A stretch of 24,000 nt of DNA from Pseudomonadota bacterium. Lineage in GTDB: Bacteria > Pseudomonadota > Gammaproteobacteria > Burkholderiales > Burkholderiaceae_C. A program made the position numbers and the translations under genes. The stretch's first letter is position 1. Each line of letters opens with the position of its first letter. The stretch is taken from NCBI GenBank assembly GCA_041190985.1, contig JBEEPT010000061.1, positions 20,497 through 44,496 of the forward strand. The letters run 5' to 3'. Shown here one piece after another: positions 18,852 to 24,000 of the stretch. The notes under the pieces were generated by a model. It was not told the DNA's origin, did not search any database, and saw only the letters and a program-made list of their open reading frames with translations.

Positions 18852-19496
18852 GTGTACGGCATCACCGATCTCGCGACCTTCGTCCTCGGCACCATCTTCA
18901 TCGTCCTGTTGCCGGGGCCGAACTCGCTCTTCGTCATGACCCTCGCCTCGCGCCTGGGCGTGGCGACCGGCTATCGCGGCGCGGCCGGCATCTTCGCCGG
19001 CGACACGGTGCTGATGGTGCTGTCGGCCGCGGGCGCCGCCTCGCTGCTGCGCAGCACGCCCGTGCTGTTCCTGGGCTTCAAGTACGCGGGCGCGCTCTAT
19101 CTGGCCTGGCTCGGGCTGGGCATGGTGCGCTCGGCGCGGCGCGTCTGGCGTGCCGGCGTGTCAGCGGCCGAGTCCGGCCTGTCCGCTGGCGCGAGCCGGC
19201 CCTTTCGCACCGCCTTGCTCATCAGCCTGATGAACCCCAAGGCGATCCTGTTCTTCGTCTCCTTCTTCATCCAGTTCGTCTCGCCCGACTACCCGCATCC
19301 GGCGCTGTCCTTCCTGCTGCTCGGCCTGATCGTGCAGGTCTGCAGCGCCCTCTACCTGAGCGCGCTGATCTTCGGCGGTGCCGGACTGGCACGCCAGTTC
19401 CGCCAGCACAGCCGGCTCTCGGCGCTGGCCATGGGCGGCATGGGGGCGTTGTTCATCGGCTTCGGCGTCAGGCTGGTCGGGGCGTCGCTGGCCTGA
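18852..19496 (+). CDS. LysE/RhtB-family amino-acid exporter (LeuE-like)
   Basis: 214 aa. GTG start with GAGGGAGGA at 18838-18846. N-terminal FIVLLPGPNSLFV motif and about 6 predicted TM segments. Resembles E. coli LeuE at the N-terminus. Confidence 0.85.
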   Translation: MYGITDLATFVLGTIFIVLLPGPNSLFVMTLASRLGVATGYRGAAGIFAGDTVLMVLSAAGAASLLRSTPVLFLGFKYAGALYLAWLGLGMVRSARRVWRAGVSAAESGLSAGASRPFRTALLISLMNPKAILFFVSFFIQFVSPDYPHPALSFLLLGLIVQVCSALYLSALIFGGAGLARQFRQHSRLSALAMGGMGALFIGFGVRLVGASLA

Positions 19497-19546
19497 GCGG
19501 CCGCTGCCGGCCCTGCCGGGCAGGCGGCGGCTGCGTGCATACTGGC

Positions 19547-19601
19547 GTCCTGTTTCCGTCCTGTTTCCGTCCTGTTTCCGTCCTGTTTCCGTCCTGTTTC
19601 C
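19547..19601. repeat. Perfect tandem repeat, 5 x 11 bp (GTCCTGTTTCC)
   Basis: Read directly from the sequence: five identical units with no mismatches. The array ends 3 nt before the ATG at 19605 and starts 50 nt after the LysE-family stop. Confidence 0.98.
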
Positions 19602-19604
19602 GAC

Positions 19605-20138
19605 ATGCCTGCCAGTCCAGCCCCGCATCCGAACCCGCCACCGCGTGGCCCCCGTCTTGTCAGCGCCTGGTGGCGTGCGCTCGCCATCGCCCTGCTGCTT
19701 GTGCTGCTGGTCGGCGCGGCGGCCAGCCTCAGCATGCTCGAGCAGCTCAGGGCCCAGATCGGGCATCTGCAGTCCAGGCTGGTGCAGCTGCCCCGGATCC
19801 GCCAGCTCGCGGTCCTGCTCGACCAGGCGCAGCGGCCGGCCCTGCTCGTCACGCATGACCCGGCCAGCGGCGTGCTGCAGCTGCAGCGGCTCAACGAGGT
19901 GAAGGAGGGCCGGGAGGACAGCCTGCAGCTGTGGGCGCTGGCCGAGGGCCAGCCGCCGCGCTCGCTCGGCGTGATCACCAGCCACTACAAGACCTCGCAG
20001 CTGCCGGTGGCGGCTGCCGCCTTGGCCGGCGTGGCGGAGCTGGCCATCAGCGTCGAGGACAAGGGCGGCGCTGCCGGGGGCCGGGGCCCCCGCCTGCCTT
20101 ATCTGTTCCGGGGCTGGCTGGTCGTCAAGGCGATCTGA
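19605..20138 (+). CDS. Single-pass membrane protein with RskA-like (anti-sigma-K C-terminal) extracytoplasmic domain; no N-terminal anti-sigma domain
   Basis: 177 aa. Pro-rich 20-aa N-terminus, then a TM segment (WWRALAIALLLVLLVGAAASL), then LQLWAL..GQPPRSLGVI...LAISVEDKGG. I recognise the last as the RskA C-terminal pattern. No Shine-Dalgarno element is visible upstream. Confidence 0.6.
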   Translation: MPASPAPHPNPPPRGPRLVSAWWRALAIALLLVLLVGAAASLSMLEQLRAQIGHLQSRLVQLPRIRQLAVLLDQAQRPALLVTHDPASGVLQLQRLNEVKEGREDSLQLWALAEGQPPRSLGVITSHYKTSQLPVAAAALAGVAELAISVEDKGGAAGGRGPRLPYLFRGWLVVKAI

Positions 20139-20189
20139 GCCCGGCTCGTGCTGCCGTGCGCTCGTTACCGCCGCAGCCCGCGGCCACGT

Positions 20190-20678
20190 TCAGGACCGCA
20201 CTGCAGGCAAGGCCGCTGCCGCAGCCTTGGCCGCTTTGGCTGCCCTGGGTGCCCGTGCGGGCTGGCGCGTCGGCGGCCACTGCGAGAACGCCACGGGCTG
20301 CGCGCGCGTGCTCGCGCCTGCCCATTCCTTGGCCTTGCACATGTCGGTGAACCTCATCACCGGATAGGCCAGCTGACCCGTGGCGAGCAGCCTATCGGTC
20401 AGGGTCTTGACCGCTGGCAGGCTGGCGACCAGGGCATGGCGGAATTCGTACGCCTGCGCGATGTGGGCCGCATTGCCCGTGAACTGCTCCGCAGACAGCG
20501 ACTCGGCGTCGAGCAGGGCCCGGCAGTCGCGAAAGTCGTCGATGATGAAGCGGGCCTGCGCCAGCCGGCGGTCCGACTGTATTTCCCGATTCGAGCCCAG
20601 CAACTGGGCCACGCTGACAGTACCTATGTGCCACCGGACTATGCCGTCATCCATCCAGACATGCTCGATCACGCTCAC
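20190..20678 (-). CDS. Hypothetical protein; weak resemblance to small STAS/SpoIIAA-like (DUF3478-type) proteins, with an Ala/Lys/Pro-rich tail
   Basis: 162-aa ORF. GTG starts at 20678 or 20672, with GGGAGG just upstream. The first ~120 aa have a globular composition (VIEHVWMDDGIVRWHIGTV...RFIIDDFRDC...VMRFTDMCKAKEW). The last ~40 aa are low complexity. The STAS-like idea rests on pattern memory only. Confidence 0.5.
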   Translation of the reverse strand: MSVIEHVWMDDGIVRWHIGTVSVAQLLGSNREIQSDRRLAQARFIIDDFRDCRALLDAESLSAEQFTGNAAHIAQAYEFRHALVASLPAVKTLTDRLLATGQLAYPVMRFTDMCKAKEWAGASTRAQPVAFSQWPPTRQPARAPRAAKAAKAAAAALPAVRS

Positions 20679-20840
20679 CTCCCTTGGTTATTCTTTTCAC
20701 CAGCAGACTTGCGCTGCCCTAGCTTTTAGTCAACTTGGTCATGATATGAAACGATAGAAATACCGTCAACATCCTTCCCCAAATTTGTGCTTGATGGGGG
20801 AGGTTGAAGTTCTTCATCCCGGATGTTGCTGCTTCGTCCG

Positions 20841-20854
20841 GCCTGGATCCAGGC
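20841..20854. repeat. 14-bp perfect palindrome GCCTGGATCCAGGC; shares a 13-mer with 21741-21753
   Basis: Read directly. Lies in the non-coding segment downstream of the cytochrome c gene. Confidence 0.9.
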
Positions 20855-21061
20855 GGAATGCGGGTCCGAGATAGCGCTGGCATGGGAACGCAGACGGGTC
20901 ACCACCAAGACTAACCCATAGACGTGGTGCGGGTAGCGAGGCGAGGGCGGTAAGGCCCCGGCTGCTGGCACGTGGCGCAGCCGCGTGCATGAAACTGCGC
21001 AGGCCTGGCTAGGGAATGCCGGCTGCGCTGTGGAACGTGCCGCGTCGCAGGCCAGGCTCGA

Positions 21062-21589
21062 TCAGTGGGCCGGCTGGCCGGGACCCTGGCTGCCGCTGGC
21101 GCGTGCCGACAGATAGGCGTAGAGGTCCATGATATGGGCGCTCACGCCCGGATCTTCGCGCCAACTCGGCATGATCATGGGGCTTTCCTGGCGCTTGAGG
21201 ATCTGCTCGGTACGTGCCTCGGCGGGCAAGCCATAACTGCGCCTCACGGCGGCCAGTTCCCAGTCATAGCGCCTGAGCACGCTATCGACGAAACGAGGGG
21301 GCACCATGCCACCCATGCGCGCCACCAGGTCGGGTCCGCTTTTGGTGCCGGTGGCGTCCGGACCGTGGCAGCGGGCACATTTGTCCTGGAAGGCGCGCCA
21401 GCCCAGGTAGACCTCGCTCGCTGGCGTCGTGGCCCCCGAAGCCGGCTGGGTGCCGCGCTCGCTCGCCGGTTCGCTGGCGCAGCCGGCGCTCAGGAGCAGC
21501 AACAACGCCGAGATCGCGGCCAGTGCGGGGAGCGTGCGTCGGGGCAGGGCGTCAGGCCACGCGGCGGTGGCCGAGGAAGCGACCTTCAT
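21062..21589 (-). CDS. Lipoprotein c-type cytochrome (single heme, class I-like)
   Basis: 175 aa from the ATG at 21589, with AAGGAGA 5 nt upstream. The ORF-track start at 21667 has no RBS. Lipobox LLLLSAG|C, heme motif CARCH, and a likely distal Met in PMIMPSW. Confidence 0.8.
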   Translation of the reverse strand: MKVASSATAAWPDALPRRTLPALAAISALLLLLSAGCASEPASERGTQPASGATTPASEVYLGWRAFQDKCARCHGPDATGTKSGPDLVARMGGMVPPRFVDSVLRRYDWELAAVRRSYGLPAEARTEQILKRQESPMIMPSWREDPGVSAHIMDLYAYLSARASGSQGPGQPAH

Positions 21590-21740
21590 GCTGATCTCCT
21601 TCTGGCGGGCAGGCGCGGAGCCGGAATTCGCGCATTGGGCTATCAACCCGTCTTGTGCATTCTCCATGACTGTCCCGGGTGCGGCAAGCCATGTTGAAGC
21701 GAAAATATCATTTCATCTTCAGTTGCTACTTGCTCAGCCT

Positions 21741-21753
21741 GCCTGGATCCAGG
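21741..21753. repeat. Second copy of GCCTGGATCCAGG, followed by T6
   Basis: Read directly. Lies exactly 900 bp from the first copy and about 150 nt upstream of the cytochrome c start on the - strand. Confidence 0.9.
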
Positions 21754-21886
21754 TTTTTTGATGACGTTGTCGAACTGGTATTCACTCCGAGTACGATGTG
21801 CAATGCACTGCAAGTCTGCCTTCCCCTGAGCGGTGAATCGCTGGGAAGCGCCAGCGTTGGAGACTTGAAATATGCACGTTCCAGTG

Positions 21887-23167
21887 TCAGGTGAGTCGGA
21901 GGTCCACTATCAGTCGGTCTGCCACCGCTTCCTCTGCGATGGCCAGTCCGTGCCGATACATCGCTGGAGCGAGTTGCGGATCCCAGTCGGCTGTGAGGTC
22001 CGAGGCGCCCAGGTCGCGCTGTCTGGGCGGAGTGTTTTGCACAGCGGTTTCGTAGTCCTGAGTACTCATTTTCCAGGGCTGTGCTCGCCAGCTGCGCAAT
22101 ACATGGTTGGCGATCTGCAGGCCGGGCCAGTCAAAATCGCCGTGGTAGTGCAGGTGGGCATCGGCTCTTGCCAGTTGATTGAGCAATGTGCGTTGTGCCG
22201 CCGCCGGCATGCCGTCGGTGCAAACGAGGGGTGCGCAGCGTGCGCCCAGACGGTCAGCTGCGATGGCCAGGAGGTTGGGGTTTTCGCAGACATAGATGGG
22301 CAGGCCTTCGACAGCCCATGTGGGTGGCCGGCGCAGCAGCTGGCGTAGCGACAGGTAGGTGGGTTCACCCGGGGTGGCCGGTACCGTCGCGAGCGACGGC
22401 AGGTTCAGCACCAGCACGGGCCGCGCCAGTTCGTTCACCAAGACACCGGCGCGAGCCCAGATGTCGCGTACACGCTCTTTGTCCGTCCGCGCTTTGCTGT
22501 CTATTGATATATCGAATTCAGACTCCAAGGCCATGCCAAGGCTGGAGGGTGCGATCGTGGCCTCGCCGTGGCACCATGCGGCCAGCACCAGGCTGGCCAC
22601 GGGCCGGCCCGCATCGAGCGCATGGGCATTGCCGAGAACCTCTGCCGCCAGTTGCGAGCGGGCAAGGCCCGGCGCAGGCAGGTGGCGCAAAACGGCATAG
22701 GCTTGTGCCAGCAAGGTTTCGGCGGTCGTGGCGTCTCGTCGGGCCAGGCGCTTGACCAAGGCTCTGGCGGCGGGTGTTTGCAGCCAGTCTTGCAGACGTG
22801 GGTCGCGGTCCGGCCGCTGGGTCACGGTCGACCATGCCGCCTCGGCGGCCGTGCGCAGGGCGACGCGGTTCGTGATGGGGCCGTCCAGCCGTTCGAGCGC
22901 ATCGCGCAAGGAGTCGCACAGGCCCGCGGCCCGCAAGGCAGCGTCGATGTTGGCAATGTCGATGCGGGCCGAACGTGCTGTGCGGGAAGAGCGGCCGGTC
23001 AGTAAGGCGAGCGCCTCGTGTTCAGCAGGATCGAGCTGGCTGAGGTGTAGCACCCGGCCCTCTTCTTCCCCGTTCTGCCGCTCGAAGTGGCGCCGCAGGC
23101 GCTGGCGCAGAGTTGCCAAGGCGGGGCTGCCCAGCAGGCGTTCGAGGCGTGCGTCGGAACTGTTCAT
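21887..23167 (-). CDS. jetD: Wadjet system protein JetD (TIGR02679/DUF2399-like, C-terminal Toprim nuclease domain)
   Basis: 426 aa from the ATG at 23167, which forms an ATGA overlap with the jetC stop. N-terminus LERLLGSPALATLRQRLRRHFE...LHLSQLDPAEHEALALLTG. C-terminal Toprim-like motifs: IYVCENPN (Glu codon 22283-22285) and HYHGDFDWPG (DFD codons 22130-22138). The first 126 codons of the ORF-track entry overlap jetC and are rejected. Confidence 0.8.
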   Translation of the reverse strand: MNSSDARLERLLGSPALATLRQRLRRHFERQNGEEEGRVLHLSQLDPAEHEALALLTGRSSRTARSARIDIANIDAALRAAGLCDSLRDALERLDGPITNRVALRTAAEAAWSTVTQRPDRDPRLQDWLQTPAARALVKRLARRDATTAETLLAQAYAVLRHLPAPGLARSQLAAEVLGNAHALDAGRPVASLVLAAWCHGEATIAPSSLGMALESEFDISIDSKARTDKERVRDIWARAGVLVNELARPVLVLNLPSLATVPATPGEPTYLSLRQLLRRPPTWAVEGLPIYVCENPNLLAIAADRLGARCAPLVCTDGMPAAAQRTLLNQLARADAHLHYHGDFDWPGLQIANHVLRSWRAQPWKMSTQDYETAVQNTPPRQRDLGASDLTADWDPQLAPAMYRHGLAIAEEAVADRLIVDLRLT

Positions 23168-24000
23168 TCGATTGGTGGAAAGCGGCGGTCCGGATCGGCT
23201 TCGCGCCGCCGAGCGCGGCCGTCCCAGGTCCAGCGGGAGACATGCACGGCGTCGATTCCTTCGCGTCGCTGCAATTGCACGATGGCCACGCCGGGCAACG
23301 CGGCATAGCAGGCCCATTCGCGTTCGCTGGTGATGACGAAGTCGAGGTCGAATTCCCGGATCAGCGCCATGCAGTGGGCTCGGGCGGCGTCGTCGATGCC
23401 GGCGAAGGCTTCGTCCAGCAGTACCAGGCGTGGAGCGTGGGCGGTGTCGGCCTGGCTGTAGTAGCTGGAAACGGCGGCAAACAGGGGCACGGTGAGTCCC
23501 AGTGCCCGCTCGCCGCTGGAGGCGGGGCCGGCGAGCGGGCGCCATTGCCCGTCTTGCCAGCGCTGCACGCGAAAGCGGTGCCAGCGGCGGTAGTCGAGGG
23601 CTCGCGCGAGCTGTTCCTGCAGGCTACCGCCTTGGTCGGCATCGGCGCGACTGCGTTCGGCGGCAATGCGCTGCTGCAGCATTTCGCCGACCACGCGGCG
23701 GTCTTCAGCGGTCCACAAGTCGGCGCTGGTGTTGAGCAGCCGGCGCCGCGCCGCCTCCAAGCCGACAGGTGCGCCTTCCGCGCCTTCGGTTAGGGTCTGC
23801 CATTGCAGCCGGAAGCGCACGCCGGTGGAGGTCGGGCGCTTTTCCAGTTCGGCGTTGATGGCGTTGATTTGGCGCTCGGCATCGCGCAGCAGTTTCTGCA
23901 CGGCGTTGGCGATCTCGGCCTGCAGGTGGTTTTCCAGCACCTCGCGCTCGCCGGCAGTCAGCAGTTCGCGGCGTTGTGCGATTTCTCCGGCCAAGCGCAG
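23164..24000 (-). CDS. jetC: Wadjet SMC-like ATPase JetC, C-terminal ~278 codons only (gene continues beyond the window)
   Basis: Coiled-coil-like segment (LENHLQAEIANAVQKLLRDAERQINAINAELEK), then the ABC/SMC C-terminal head with Walker B/D-loop (PRLVLLDEAFAGIDD) and LDFVITSEREW. The frame stays open to nt 24000. Confidence 0.8.
   Translation of the reverse strand: MRLAGEIAQRRELLTAGEREVLENHLQAEIANAVQKLLRDAERQINAINAELEKRPTSTGVRFRLQWQTLTEGAEGAPVGLEAARRRLLNTSADLWTAEDRRVVGEMLQQRIAAERSRADADQGGSLQEQLARALDYRRWHRFRVQRWQDGQWRPLAGPASSGERALGLTVPLFAAVSSYYSQADTAHAPRLVLLDEAFAGIDDAARAHCMALIREFDLDFVITSEREWACYAALPGVAIVQLQRREGIDAVHVSRWTWDGRARRREADPDRRFPPIE

Noticed and set aside
19547-19601. The tandem repeat as a CRISPR array or a coding repeat
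   Set aside because: The units are contiguous with no spacers and are only 11 bp long, so this is not CRISPR. The - strand ORFs that read TETGRKQDGNR repeats (19161-19985 and 19352-19978) are antisense to the LysE-family and RskA-like genes and have no start context.
19494-19607. The LysE-family stop codon and the RskA-like ATG are in the same frame with no intervening stop, which suggests a read-through fusion
   Set aside because: Thirty-six stop-free codons are unremarkable at this GC content. The stretch includes the non-triplet repeat and has no coding character. The two proteins are complete, unrelated domains.
20726-20971. 81-aa - strand ORF in the 383-bp spacer
   Set aside because: No RBS, no recognisable motif, and it spans a sharp GC transition. 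Treated as non-coding.
21679-21894. 71-aa + strand ORF in the low-GC spacer between the cytochrome c gene and jetD
   Set aside because: No RBS, odd composition, and it runs into the jetD 3' end. More likely this is non-coding promoter or spacer DNA for the cytochrome c gene.
23168-23545. N-terminal 126 codons of the 552-aa ORF (21887-23545, - strand)
   Set aside because: This stretch overlaps the well-supported C-terminus of jetC in another frame and is Arg/Pro-rich nonsense. The ATG at 23167 gives an ATGA coupling with the jetC stop and a sensible JetD N-terminus.

Overview
High-GC (about 70% in coding regions, counted by hand) chromosomal window that looks Burkholderiales-like. No tRNA, rRNA, CRISPR array, transposase or integrase was recognised.

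**Layout**
- **Nt 1-4400, + strand:** a 5'-truncated IclR regulator, a MarR regulator, a PheA/TfdB-type FAD aromatic hydroxylase with a small DUF2783-like partner, and paaX.
- **Nt 4650-18810, + strand:** a tightly packed phenylacetate (paa) catabolic operon, in the order paaN-paaG-paaH-paaI-paaK-(extra crotonase)-paaA-paaB-paaC-paaD-paaE, then a penicillin G acylase homolog, then paaF.
- **Nt 18850-20140, + strand:** a LysE/LeuE-like exporter, a perfect 5 x 11-bp tandem repeat, and a single-pass membrane protein with only an RskA-like C-terminal domain.
- **From about nt 20140, - strand:** composition becomes patchy, with intergenic stretches at about 45-47% GC. Genes here are a hypothetical protein, a lipoprotein c-type cytochrome, and the 3' end of a Wadjet (jetC partial, jetD complete) anti-plasmid operon that runs off the window.

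**Main observation**
The acylase gene is bracketed by a roughly 100-bp direct duplication of the paaE 3' end, one functional copy and one dead relic. This marks a 2.8-kb insertion into the operon with no visible mobile-element machinery.

**Limits**
I cannot point to a clearly new multi-gene system. The best candidates for follow-up are the acylase insertion, the 11-bp repeat array, and the uncharacterised genes and palindromes next to Wadjet. All family assignments come from motif and architecture recognition by eye; no searches were run.
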